64,000 nucleotides of DNA from Candidatus Latescibacterota bacterium (GCA_965222075.1 OZ244937.1:3232001-3296000), one strand, 5' to 3'. Shown: positions 10,108-19,416, counted from the first letter of the stretch. Program-made: numbers and translations. The notes: generated by a model not told the origin, from the sequence alone.

Positions 10108-10871
10108 GCCACTTTGACTACAAACCGTTCTATCGCCGCAACCTGCCACATATACAGCCGCCCGGTGCAACCTTCTTCGTCACGTTCCATCTTGCAGGTT
10201 CCCTACCGCGGACAGTCTTGCAACAATGGGCAACGGAGAAAGACCAGCTCGAAACAGAAAAATTGCGCCTTGCTAAGTTGCGAAGTAACATTCGTTTTGC
10301 CTCAGCAGAACACATTACACTTGAGAAAGAACGTGAACATCGTGAGTGGGAATGGCAACGACGGTGGTTCCGGAAATTTGAAACAACGCTAGACAAAGCG
10401 CAAAGTGGGCCCGTGTGGCTCAAAGATGAGCGAATTGCTAAAGAGGTGGCAGAGAGCCTACGCTACCGGGACGGAAAAGTGTATCGCCTGGATGCCTACT
10501 GTATCATGGCCAATCACGTACACATTGTGTTTGCACCCCTTGTGATGCAACCTTCCGTAACGCAACCTGACAGCTTGCAGGACAATGCGACCAAAGCGGA
10601 CAATTTGTGCTACAACTCGCTTTCCTCGATTATGCAATCGCTCAAAGGCTATACAGCGTGGAAAGCAAATACGCTATTGGGGCGACATGGGCCATTTTGG
10701 CAGCACGAAAGTTACGATCGAAGTATTCGGCATGCAAGTGAATGGGAGCGGATTATAACCTATGTTCTCAACAACCCGGCAAAAGCGGGTTTGGTGGATC
10801 ATTGGGAAAAGTGGCGTTGGAGTTATTACCGAGCCTCCGACTGTAGCGCAAACGGTTCGTTTGCGCAATAA
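10104..10871 (+). CDS. REP-associated tyrosine transposase (RAYT, Y1 HUH family)
   Basis: RRNLPH, FFVTF, YCIMANHVH (HUH), FWQHESYDR, YVLNNP (catalytic Tyr), W.WS; flanked by GTAG REPs. Confidence 0.92.
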   Translation: MSHFDYKPFYRRNLPHIQPPGATFFVTFHLAGSLPRTVLQQWATEKDQLETEKLRLAKLRSNIRFASAEHITLEKEREHREWEWQRRWFRKFETTLDKAQSGPVWLKDERIAKEVAESLRYRDGKVYRLDAYCIMANHVHIVFAPLVMQPSVTQPDSLQDNATKADNLCYNSLSSIMQSLKGYTAWKANTLLGRHGPFWQHESYDRSIRHASEWERIITYVLNNPAKAGLVDHWEKWRWSYYRASDCSANGSFAQ

Positions 10872-10983
10872 GAACACGGGGGAATAGATATCACGTTCTT
10901 CTCACCCCCCCACAAACTGACAGTTTGTGCTACGACACCCCTCCCATAAACGGACAGCTTGTACTACAACTCGCTCGCTTTTT
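10829..10983. repeat. 155-bp direct repeat, copy 2 (three GTAG REPs, family B)
   Basis: REPs at 10843-10866, 10911-10933 and 10945-10967. Contains the last codons and the stop of the RAYT. Confidence 0.95.
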
Positions 10984-11002
10984 TACGGAGACGATTGAAA
11001 CC

Positions 11003-12031
11003 ATGGGTTTTCAGCGCATCAAAACGCTTCCGAGCCCCGATGAGATTCGGGAAGCGATCCCCCTCTCCGGTGAGATCGCAAAGGTGAAGCAGAGGCGGGA
11101 CCGGGAGATCCAGGCCATTTTCGAGCGAAAAAGCGACAAATTCCTCGTTGTGATCGGACCGTGTTCGGCACACAATGAAGATGCGGTTTGCGAATACGTG
11201 GCGCGGCTGGCCAGGTTGCAGGAGGTGGTCGAAGAGCGGCTTCTGCTTGTGCCGAGGATTTATACCAACAAGCCCCGGACGACCGGGGAAGGCTACAAAG
11301 GGATGGGGCACCAGCCGGATCACCAGAAGGAACCCAACATTGCCGAAGGGATCTATGCGATTCGACAGATGCACCTCCGGACGATTCGAGAGTCCCACCT
11401 GACAGCGGCCGACGAGATGCTTTATCCCACCAACCTCCCCTATGTGGAGGACGTGCTGAGCTACATCGCAGTGGGCGCCCGGTCGGTGGAAAACCAGCAG
11501 CACCGTTTAACCTGCAGCGGCGTGGATGTCCCTGTGGGAATGAAGAATCCCACCGGCGGGGATATATCGGTGATGCTGAACGCAATTTATGCCTCACAGA
11601 TCCCTCACGTGTTTATCTACAATGGGTGGGAGGTGAGTACGTCCGGGAATCCCCATACCCACGGGATCTTGCGGGGAGCCGTGGATTCCTACGGCCGGAG
11701 TATTCCGAATTACCATTATGAAGATCTGATTTATATGGCGGAGGCGTATCTGGAGCACGAACTGGCGCATCCCGCGCTGATTGTGGATTGCAACCACAAC
11801 AATTCGAACAAACACTACGCCGAGCAGCCCCGGATCGGCATGGAGGTGATGCAGAGCCGCCGGAGATCCGACATCTTAAATGGGATGATCCGGGGGCTGA
11901 TGGTCGAGAGCTATCTGGTGGAAGGGTCGCAGAGCGTGGACGAAAACGTGTACGGGAAATCGATTACCGATCCCTGTCTGGGCTGGGAGGACTCCGAGGC
12001 GTTTGTGAAAGAGCTGGCGGAGGCGGTATAA
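11003..12031 (+). CDS. aroF: DAHP synthase, class I-alpha
   Basis: IGPCS, KPRTT, GARSVE, VGMKN, DCNH, SITDPCLGW. The upstream ORF extension is repeat-derived. The isoenzyme (aroF/G/H) is not resolvable by eye. Confidence 0.9.
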   Translation: MGFQRIKTLPSPDEIREAIPLSGEIAKVKQRRDREIQAIFERKSDKFLVVIGPCSAHNEDAVCEYVARLARLQEVVEERLLLVPRIYTNKPRTTGEGYKGMGHQPDHQKEPNIAEGIYAIRQMHLRTIRESHLTAADEMLYPTNLPYVEDVLSYIAVGARSVENQQHRLTCSGVDVPVGMKNPTGGDISVMLNAIYASQIPHVFIYNGWEVSTSGNPHTHGILRGAVDSYGRSIPNYHYEDLIYMAEAYLEHELAHPALIVDCNHNNSNKHYAEQPRIGMEVMQSRRRSDILNGMIRGLMVESYLVEGSQSVDENVYGKSITDPCLGWEDSEAFVKELAEAV

Positions 12032-12073
12032 TCGGGGGTCGGATAACAGATAGAGGTAACAGGGTAGCCCCAA

Positions 12074-13186
12074 ATGTCCAGTGATCAACCATTCTCACCG
12101 GAGCGAATCGCCATCGTCGGCGTTGGGCTGATTGGCGGGTCTCTCGGTCTGGCCTTCAAACGCCTCGGGATCGGGCGGGAGATTGTTGGGATCAGTCGGA
12201 TGGAGACTCTGGAGACGGCACAGGGGCTGGGCGTGATCGATGTCGGCTATCCGTATGAAGCGCTGGAGAGGGGTGTGCAGGCGGCCGATCTGGTTTTGCT
12301 GTGCACGCCGATTTCCCGCATCTTAAGCCTGCTTCCAGAGGTGCTGGCGAGCGTTCCCCAGGGTGCACTGGTCAGCGATGTGGGCAGCACCAAACGGGAG
12401 ATCGTTTCCCGGGCAACCTCGCTGGGACGCGGTGGGGTGCACTTTATCGGCGGACACCCGATGGCGGGTTCGGAACGAACGGGGGTTTCCGCGGCTGATC
12501 CCTTTCTTTTTCAAAATGCGATTTATGTGCTTACCCCAACTCCGGAGGTTCCCGAGGCGGTGTGCGACCACTTTGTGGATCTGGCCAAGCGGCTCGGCGC
12601 TCGGCCGATGCGTATGCACCCGGCGACACACGACCGGATCGCTGCGGCCGTCAGTCACCTGCCCCAGTTAATGGCCACGGCGCTGGTAGGCGAGATCGGC
12701 CGGCTGAACGAGGCGGACAGGCTGCCCTTGCAGATGGCCGCGGGAGGGTTCCGGGACATGACGCGGATCGCATCGAGCCCCTATGAGATGTGGCGGGATA
12801 TCTGCCAGACCAATGCAGAACCGATCCGCGAGATGATCGACCGATACATCGAAGCGCTCTGCGGCCTCCGGGAGAAGGTGGACGAGGGTGGGCTTGCAGA
12901 GGATTTCGCGTTTGCCAACCGGATTCGGAGCAGTATCCCGAAGGACTCCAAGGGGTTTTTGCATCCGCTGCACGAGATCCTGCTGGTTGTGGAGGACCGG
13001 CCGGGGGTGATTGCAAAGGTGGCGGACGCGCTGGCCGAGGCCGACATGAATATTGACGATATTGAGGTGCTCAAGGTGCGCGAGGGGGAGGGCGGGACGA
13101 TTCGTATGGGGTTTGATTCGCGGGAGACGGCAGAGCGGGCGGTCAGGATTCTGGAGAGGGTGGGATACCGGGTGCGGATGCGGTAG
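12074..13186 (+). CDS. tyrA: Prephenate/arogenate dehydrogenase with C-terminal ACT domain
   Basis: GVGLIGGS, DVGSTK, GGHPMAGSE, SHLPQ, GFRDMTRIASS, then VEDRPGVIA (ACT). Confidence 0.93.
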   Translation: MSSDQPFSPERIAIVGVGLIGGSLGLAFKRLGIGREIVGISRMETLETAQGLGVIDVGYPYEALERGVQAADLVLLCTPISRILSLLPEVLASVPQGALVSDVGSTKREIVSRATSLGRGGVHFIGGHPMAGSERTGVSAADPFLFQNAIYVLTPTPEVPEAVCDHFVDLAKRLGARPMRMHPATHDRIAAAVSHLPQLMATALVGEIGRLNEADRLPLQMAAGGFRDMTRIASSPYEMWRDICQTNAEPIREMIDRYIEALCGLREKVDEGGLAEDFAFANRIRSSIPKDSKGFLHPLHEILLVVEDRPGVIAKVADALAEADMNIDDIEVLKVREGEGGTIRMGFDSRETAERAVRILERVGYRVRMR

Positions 13187-13197
13187 GGAATTGAAAA

Positions 13198-14535
13198 TTG
13201 GGGACAATGCGTAACGCGGGAGACTTGAAGACGGTGGCAGTGACAGGGCAGACGATGGAGGCAATACAGGGGCTTTCCGGAGAGGGTGACCTTCCCGGAA
13301 ATCCGGAGATTTCGCTGATGGCGCTTGCGCTTGCGGCAAAGGCGGAGGGAGTGTCGGAGATTTGCCGGTGTTCACGGCGGCCCGATGTGGATGCCCTGGT
13401 GGACGCTCTGACGCGGTTCGGCCTGGCGGTTGAGCGGGGGGAAGAGGGGGTGAGGGTTACCGGTGGGGAGCTACAGGCGCTGGAGGGACCGCTCGATGCG
13501 GGGCGGTCGGAGGTCCTTTTCGCCTGTCTGACCGGGCTGCTGGCGGACGCGCCCTTCCAGTCGCAACTGGACGGGAATGCCGCCTGCGCTGCCCGGATCG
13601 AGCCCGTACTGGAGGCGCTGCGCGCCCTGGATGCCCCGATTTTTACACCGGCCGAAGGCATTTTTCCACTCAAGGTGGGCGGCCGTGCGTTAAAGCCGGG
13701 GCGGCACCAGGGCGGGGTGCCCAGTACGGCGGTTAAGTGCGCGGTGTTCCTGGCCGGGCTGGGGATCGAAGGTGCGGTCGAGTTGATTCAGGAGGCCCCG
13801 GGCGACGAGGACCTGGAGGTCCTGTTCAGGGCGGCGGGGGCGACGCTGGAGAAGGGGCGGGTTGAAGGAGGAATGGGGCACCGGATTGCCCTGGAAGGCC
13901 CTGTGCGCGTGCAGCCGGCCTGCCACGACGTTCCGGGAGATCCGACCGCGGCCCTGTTTTTGCTTCTTACGGCGGCGATGCTGAAGGGGTCGGAACTGAC
14001 GCTGAACGGGATGGGCAACAATTGGAAGGCCCGCCGGATGCTGGACCTGCTCCGCCGGCTGAACGTCCAGCTTGAGGTCCAGGTGACCCGGTCCGCGTCG
14101 GGTTTCTCCACGCGCCGGGTGCGCGTGGTGGGCTCCGAACTCCGGCCGATCAAGATCTCGGACCCGCAGGCGGCCCTCTTTCTAAACGAGCTTCCTTTCC
14201 TGGCGGTTGTGGGTGCCTGCGCCGGGGGGGAGACCATTATCCGGGACGCTCAGGCCCTGCGGCAGGGAAAGACCGATTGCATTGCCCTTGTGGTGGAAAA
14301 TCTCCGGAAGATGCAGGCGCACGTAGGTGAAATTCCCGATGGTCTGGTGGTGCAGGGAGGGCTTCGGCTGCAGGGGGCCGAGGTGGATGCCGGCGGGGAT
14401 TCCCGGATTGCCATGGCGTTCACGCTGGCAGGACTGGTTGCCGAAGGGGAGACGACGGTTTTGAATCGAGGGCAGATGGACCGGGATTTTTTCGGGGTTA
14501 TGGAAGCGCTGTTATCCGTTGCGCAAATCACATAA
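13198..14535 (+). CDS. EPSP-synthase (AroA) fold protein with degenerate active site
   Basis: Full length and collinear with AroA (LPG, VPGDP, ELP, GD.RIAM), but most catalytic motifs are substituted. Start could be 13207 or 13255. Confidence 0.8.
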   Translation: MGTMRNAGDLKTVAVTGQTMEAIQGLSGEGDLPGNPEISLMALALAAKAEGVSEICRCSRRPDVDALVDALTRFGLAVERGEEGVRVTGGELQALEGPLDAGRSEVLFACLTGLLADAPFQSQLDGNAACAARIEPVLEALRALDAPIFTPAEGIFPLKVGGRALKPGRHQGGVPSTAVKCAVFLAGLGIEGAVELIQEAPGDEDLEVLFRAAGATLEKGRVEGGMGHRIALEGPVRVQPACHDVPGDPTAALFLLLTAAMLKGSELTLNGMGNNWKARRMLDLLRRLNVQLEVQVTRSASGFSTRRVRVVGSELRPIKISDPQAALFLNELPFLAVVGACAGGETIIRDAQALRQGKTDCIALVVENLRKMQAHVGEIPDGLVVQGGLRLQGAEVDAGGDSRIAMAFTLAGLVAEGETTVLNRGQMDRDFFGVMEALLSVAQIT

Positions 14536-14565
14536 GAAGCTTCTTACAAAACAGAGGAGAAGACC

Positions 14566-14706
14566 ATGAGGCTGATGATCCGACTTGCCCTCCTGACGGC
14601 CCTGTTTTTACTGGGAGGCGTTGTGTTCATCCGGTATACCTACGGCTGTTCGTGGAAGGAAAGTTTCGGAATTGCGAACCAGTTTGTGTCTGATCTCGTC
14701 GGTTAG
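14566..14706 (+). CDS. 46-aa small membrane protein (below the ORF-track cutoff)
   Basis: AGAGGAG RBS; MRLMIRLALLTALFLLGGVVFIRYTYGCSWKESFGIANQFVSDLVG; fills the gap between the aroA-like gene and aroE. Confidence 0.7.
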   Translation: MRLMIRLALLTALFLLGGVVFIRYTYGCSWKESFGIANQFVSDLVG

Positions 14707-14718
14707 GGAGCAGGGCCT

Positions 14719-15579
14719 TTGAATATCCGCGCAACCACCAGGGTACTGGGGGTTATCGGACATCCGATCACCCATTCTTTTTCCCCCGATATGCACAACG
14801 CCGCAATTGACGCCCTCGGCGTCGATTTCTGCTATGTGGCGTTCCACGTGCTGCCTTCTGGGGTTGGCGCGGCCCTGCAGGGCCTGCGAGGGCTCAATAT
14901 CCGGGGGTTGAACGTGACCATCCCCCACAAGCTGGCCGTGATGACGCACTTAGACCGGATTTCCGAGGAGGCCTTAGCGGTGGGGGCTGTGAATACCATC
15001 TCCCACGAGGAGGGAGAACTGGTCGGGTACAATACCGACGTTTACGGGGTGCTCACCGCCCTGGAGAAGGCGCTACAGGCCTTCCCGGATCACTGTGTGG
15101 TTCTGGGTGCAGGGGGGGCGGCTCGGGCGGCTGTGTATGCCCTGGGGAGCCGCGCAGAGGTCCGGAGGCTGACGGTTCTCAACCGAACCGTGGCGCGGGC
15201 CGAGGCGCTTGCCCGGGATATGGAGAAGATGACCGGCAAATCCATATCGGTGGGGGCGATGGAGGCCGATACACAGGCCCGGGCGTTCGCCGATGCCGGG
15301 CTGGTGGTGAACACCACATCTTTGGGGATGCATCCGAACGTGGAGGCCTCTCCCCTGCTGGATGAGCATGCGGTGCATGCCGATCTGGTCCTCTACGATA
15401 CGGTGTTCAATCCTGCACAGACGCGGCTGATGGCGCAGTTTCGGGCGGGGGGCGCTCCGGCATACGGAGGGCTGGATATGCTGGTCTACCAGGGGGCCCG
15501 GTCCTTCGCCATCTGGACCGGCATCGAGCCGCCCACCGATGTGATGAAACAGGCCATTGCGGGCCGGTTCCCGTCCTAG
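14719..15579 (+). CDS. aroE: Shikimate dehydrogenase
   Basis: GHPITHSFSP.MHN, NVTIPHK, GAVNT, NTD, GAGGAARA, GLDMLVYQG. Confidence 0.96.
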   Translation: MNIRATTRVLGVIGHPITHSFSPDMHNAAIDALGVDFCYVAFHVLPSGVGAALQGLRGLNIRGLNVTIPHKLAVMTHLDRISEEALAVGAVNTISHEEGELVGYNTDVYGVLTALEKALQAFPDHCVVLGAGGAARAAVYALGSRAEVRRLTVLNRTVARAEALARDMEKMTGKSISVGAMEADTQARAFADAGLVVNTTSLGMHPNVEASPLLDEHAVHADLVLYDTVFNPAQTRLMAQFRAGGAPAYGGLDMLVYQGARSFAIWTGIEPPTDVMKQAIAGRFPS

Positions 15580-15581
15580 CC

Positions 15582-16319
15582 GTGAAACCGGACGTCTTTT
15601 TTCGACCCGAGGCAAAGCGGGCCTTTGTCCGGCAGATGTTCGACGGAATTGCCGGCACGTACGACCTGCTCAACCACCTGCTCAGCGCCGGCGTTGACAT
15701 CCTGTGGCGCCGGCAGACGGTCGACGGGCTGCGTCCGGTATCCGGCTGGCGCGTTCTGGATCTGGCAACGGGTACCGGAGACCTCGGGTTTGAGGCTGCA
15801 GGCCGCAACCCCGAGATCTGTGTTGTGGGTGTGGACCTTTCCCTGCCGATGCTCCGGCGGGGAGCGGGTAAGGCCGCAACCCGATCGGGTCGGATGGCCT
15901 TTTTGTGTGGCGACGCCGAACACCTTCCCTTCCCGGACCGGATATTTGAAGGGATTACCATCGGCTTCGGGGTTCGGAACCTGGCCGATCTTCACGCCGG
16001 CATCCAGGAGATGTACCGCGTCCTTTGCCCCGGAGGCAGGGTTGCCATCCTCGAATTTTCTCGTCCCCGCGCCTTCCTCTTAAGGGGGCTCTACCTCTTC
16101 TACTTCAAACATGCCCTCCCTCTGATGGGTCGGATCGTTTCCCGCGACCCTCTCGCCTATCGCTACCTTTATGAGTCCGTGATGCGGTTTCCCGAAGGCG
16201 ATGATTTCTGTCGGCATCTCCTCGATGCAGGATTTGTCGATGTTGTTGAACGTCGCTTGACATTCGGTATTGCCACCCTATATTTAGCTTCTAAGACCGT
16301 TGAAGAGGACCGGGTTTGA
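15582..16319 (+). CDS. menG: UbiE/MenG quinone C-methyltransferase
   Basis: MFD.IA..YDLLNHLLS.G.D..WR, LDLATGTGD, FGVRN, ILEFS, YRYLYESV. Confidence 0.88.
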   Translation: MKPDVFFRPEAKRAFVRQMFDGIAGTYDLLNHLLSAGVDILWRRQTVDGLRPVSGWRVLDLATGTGDLGFEAAGRNPEICVVGVDLSLPMLRRGAGKAATRSGRMAFLCGDAEHLPFPDRIFEGITIGFGVRNLADLHAGIQEMYRVLCPGGRVAILEFSRPRAFLLRGLYLFYFKHALPLMGRIVSRDPLAYRYLYESVMRFPEGDDFCRHLLDAGFVDVVERRLTFGIATLYLASKTVEEDRV

Positions 16320-16367
16320 TCGGGAAGCGAGGGGGGGAGTCATTCGCTTTCGAGGGCCACGCACAGT

Positions 16368-16853
16368 ATGCCGGATGTGATACCAGTCGGACTCATACAA
16401 GCCGTTCTGATTCTTGCGCCTTTGATCCTGGCCCTGTCGATTGGGGCGCACCGCCGCCTTCGGCGACATGTGTATTCCAGCCCGGAGCCGATCGCTTTTT
16501 TTCGGAATTTCCGGTGGAACTCCTGTCTGATCCTGATCGGGAGCATTTTTCTGCTGAGGGGGGCCGCAGGCGCGTATGCGCTGGGGCGCGTGGCTCAGGT
16601 TTGCGGGTTGATTCTGGCGCTGGAATTCTTCTATGTGGCCTATGCGAACCTCCACATGGTGATGAGCGCGAAGGGGCTGCTGATGGGCATGAGTTTTTCT
16701 CCCTGGCGTCGCTTTGCCGGTTATACCTGGCTTTCGGACCACGATTTGGAACTGCACTCCCGCTCCCGGCGCCGGTACCGCCTTCGCGTACCGGCGCACA
16801 TGAAGGCGTATGTGCAGGAGATCGTGGATCTGAACATTCTGAAGGAAAGATAA
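16368..16853 (+). CDS. Hypothetical membrane protein
   Basis: About three hydrophobic segments plus a soluble C-terminal part; fits between menG and argS. Confidence 0.65.
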   Translation: MPDVIPVGLIQAVLILAPLILALSIGAHRRLRRHVYSSPEPIAFFRNFRWNSCLILIGSIFLLRGAAGAYALGRVAQVCGLILALEFFYVAYANLHMVMSAKGLLMGMSFSPWRRFAGYTWLSDHDLELHSRSRRRYRLRVPAHMKAYVQEIVDLNILKER

Positions 16854-16892
16854 GGCAGATCGTCTTCCCGTTACACGCTCTGGAGATATGCC

Positions 16893-18596
16893 GTGTCCAA
16901 CTCTTTTATTGAAGAGATTGCGCAGCAGGTTTCGGATGCCGCAGGGATGGCGCCCGATGCGCTGACAGACCTGATTGAAGTTCCCCCCGATCCGGAGATG
17001 GGGGACTACGCCCTGCCCTGTTTTGCGCTTGCAAAGACGCTCCGGAAGGCGCCGAACCAGATCGCTGAGGAATTGGCGCAGAAGGTGGCGCCAGGTGAGC
17101 GTATTTCCAGGGTTCGGGCTGTTGGCCCCTACCTGAATTTTTTCGTGAGCCGGGCCGATTTTGTGCAGGAGACACTTTCGGAGATTCTCGCAAAGGGGAG
17201 GGACTACGGGCGAGGCGAGGAGGGCGCAGGAAAGACCGTTGTGATCGATTTTTCTCATCCGAATATTGCCAAGCCTTTTGGAATTCATCACCTGCGTTCA
17301 ACCGTAATAGGCAATGCGCTTCGCAACCTCTTTCGGGCCCTGGGTTACACGGTGGTTGGCATTAACCACTTAGGCGATTGGGGGTCTCAGTTTGCGAAAC
17401 TCATTGTGGCCTGGAAGCGCTGGGGAGGTGGAGAATTCACAGAGGATATTTCCATAGAGACGCTTTTGGAGCTTTATGTTCGGATACATGAGGAAATTGA
17501 AAACGATCCCCAGGTGGAATCGGAGGCAGGTGAGTGGTTCCGCCGTCTTGAGAACCAGGACCCCGAAGCGCGAAGGATGTGGAAGGTGTGCTGTAACATC
17601 AGTTATAAAGAGTTCGACCGGGTTTACAAGATGCTTGGTATCGAGTTTGAATCGATCGCCGGCGAGAGTTTCTACCTGGATAAGATGGCCGATACGGTCG
17701 GGCGACTGGAGGAGAAGGGGTTGACGCAAATCAGTGAGGGGGCAACGATCGTGGACCTGTCAAAATGGGATATGCCACCAGTGATCGTGCGCCGCAGCGA
17801 CGAGGCCTCGCTTTATGCCACTCGTGACATAGCCGCGGCCGAGTACCGCTGGCAGACCTACACATTCGATCAGATGCTTTATGTGGTGGATGTCGCACAG
17901 ACCCTGTACTTCAAGCAGCTTTTCAAGGCCCTGGAATTGATGAGGTATGACTGGAGCCGGAAGTGCACGCATGTGGTTTTCGGTCGTTTGCGGTTTAAAG
18001 ACGGAGGGATGTCCACGCGCAGGGGGAAGATTATCTTTCTGGAGGATGTGCTGAACCGGGCGGTTGAACTGACCCGGAAGATTATTGAGAAGAAGAACCC
18101 CGACCTTCCCGACAAAGATGAGGTCGCCCGGGATGTTGGCATTGGCGCGGTAATCTATGCGGATCTGGATTCCCGACGGATGCGGGACGTGGTGTTCGAC
18201 TGGGACGAGGTCCTGAACTTTAACGGCGAGACAGGCCCCTACGTCCAGTACACCCATGCGCGCTACTGCAGCGTGCTGCGCAAGTATGGCAAAGCGATAC
18301 CACCGTCCGATGTGGACCTTTCTCTGCTGACCGAGCCGGAGACGATCGCCGTGGTGAAGCATCTGGAACAGTTCCCGTCACAGATTCGGAGCGCTGCCGA
18401 GACCTATGAGCCTTCGCTTATCGCGTCCTATCTGATCGAACTCTGCACGGAGGCCAACCGTTTTTACAATGCCCACCGGGTTGTTTCGGAGGATGAGGCC
18501 CTGACCACAGCCCGCATTGCCTTGGTCTACGCGATTACCCTCGTACTGGCGGGCGGCCTGCGCCTGCTGGGGATGAAGGCGCCGGAACAGATGTAG
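16893..18596 (+). CDS. argS: Arginine--tRNA ligase
   Basis: GDYALPCF, DFSHPNIAKP, NHLGDWGSQF, YATRDIAA, MSTRRG, GETGPYVQYTHAR. Confidence 0.97.
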   Translation: MSNSFIEEIAQQVSDAAGMAPDALTDLIEVPPDPEMGDYALPCFALAKTLRKAPNQIAEELAQKVAPGERISRVRAVGPYLNFFVSRADFVQETLSEILAKGRDYGRGEEGAGKTVVIDFSHPNIAKPFGIHHLRSTVIGNALRNLFRALGYTVVGINHLGDWGSQFAKLIVAWKRWGGGEFTEDISIETLLELYVRIHEEIENDPQVESEAGEWFRRLENQDPEARRMWKVCCNISYKEFDRVYKMLGIEFESIAGESFYLDKMADTVGRLEEKGLTQISEGATIVDLSKWDMPPVIVRRSDEASLYATRDIAAAEYRWQTYTFDQMLYVVDVAQTLYFKQLFKALELMRYDWSRKCTHVVFGRLRFKDGGMSTRRGKIIFLEDVLNRAVELTRKIIEKKNPDLPDKDEVARDVGIGAVIYADLDSRRMRDVVFDWDEVLNFNGETGPYVQYTHARYCSVLRKYGKAIPPSDVDLSLLTEPETIAVVKHLEQFPSQIRSAAETYEPSLIASYLIELCTEANRFYNAHRVVSEDEALTTARIALVYAITLVLAGGLRLLGMKAPEQM

Positions 18597-18717
18597 AAGC
18601 AGGGGGCAGAATTTCGGATTTCGGACCGCAATCCGCTTGATGAAACCGCCGCTGTGGAGCTTGCGAGGAATGCTACCAGAAGAAACGTGCGGAGCGGCTG
18701 GCGAAGAGGCAGGGGCC

Positions 18718-19311
18718 ATGAGCCTCCTGGCCGGCAGGCAGATTTTTCTGACCGGGTTTATGGCCACGGGCAAAAGCAAGATCGGATCCCTTTTGGCCGA
18801 GCGCCTCGGCCGCCTTTTTGTGGATACGGACGAGTTGATTGTGCAGGCGGCCGGGAAGACGGTTCCGGAGATTTTCGAGCAGGACGGGGAGGCGGTTTTC
18901 CGGCGGATTGAACACGACTGCGTGGTGCGGGCCTCGCAGATGCCCGATGCGGTTATTGCCTTGGGCGGGGGGGCGATTACGCAGGAGGCGAACTGGGAGG
19001 TGATCCGGGAGACCGGGGTGTGCGTCTGTTTGCGGGCGTCGGCCGAGACGATTTTTGAACGGGTGAGCCGAACCGAGGGCGAGCGGCCGCTGATGGCCGG
19101 ACTGGACGACGCGGGACGCCTGGCGAAGATAAAAGAGATGCTGGTCGAACGGGAGGCCTATTACAGCCGGGCGGATCTGTTTGTGACGTCGGCCTCGGAC
19201 GGGCTACCGGAGGAGACCGCCGAGGCGGCAATCGCAGAGCTGAGGAAGCGGGAAAAGCAACCACGGATGAAGGCGAGTAATTCGAGCCTGAACACGGATG
19301 AACACGGATAA
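18718..19311 (+). CDS. aroK: Shikimate kinase
   Basis: GFMATGKS P-loop, DTD, GEAVFR, ALGGG, RPL. Confidence 0.95.
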   Translation: MSLLAGRQIFLTGFMATGKSKIGSLLAERLGRLFVDTDELIVQAAGKTVPEIFEQDGEAVFRRIEHDCVVRASQMPDAVIALGGGAITQEANWEVIRETGVCVCLRASAETIFERVSRTEGERPLMAGLDDAGRLAKIKEMLVEREAYYSRADLFVTSASDGLPEETAEAAIAELRKREKQPRMKASNSSLNTDEHG

Positions 19312-19416
19312 ATGGCGACCCGCTCCATCTGTAACCCCCTGATTGACTTGAACCCATACGCAGAAAAACGGTTCAAAGTATTGCTGTGGTTCCATGACGG
19401 GCTGGAGGGTTAGGTA

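Larger units (their letters stand above)
9489..10983 (+). mobile_element. REP-array-flanked cassette: antitoxin, truncated toxin and RAYT
   Basis: Direct repeats 1340 bp apart. The interior is visibly more AT-rich than the flanking genes and interrupts the aromatic operon. Confidence 0.75.

Noticed and set aside
9489-10983. Repeats as a CRISPR array or IS terminal inverted repeats
   Set aside because: No regular repeat-spacer period, no cas genes, direct orientation; the GTAG hairpins fit REPs.
17250-17300. ArgS HIGH motif reading GIHH
   Set aside because: Within the variation expected for ArgRS; all other motifs are intact.
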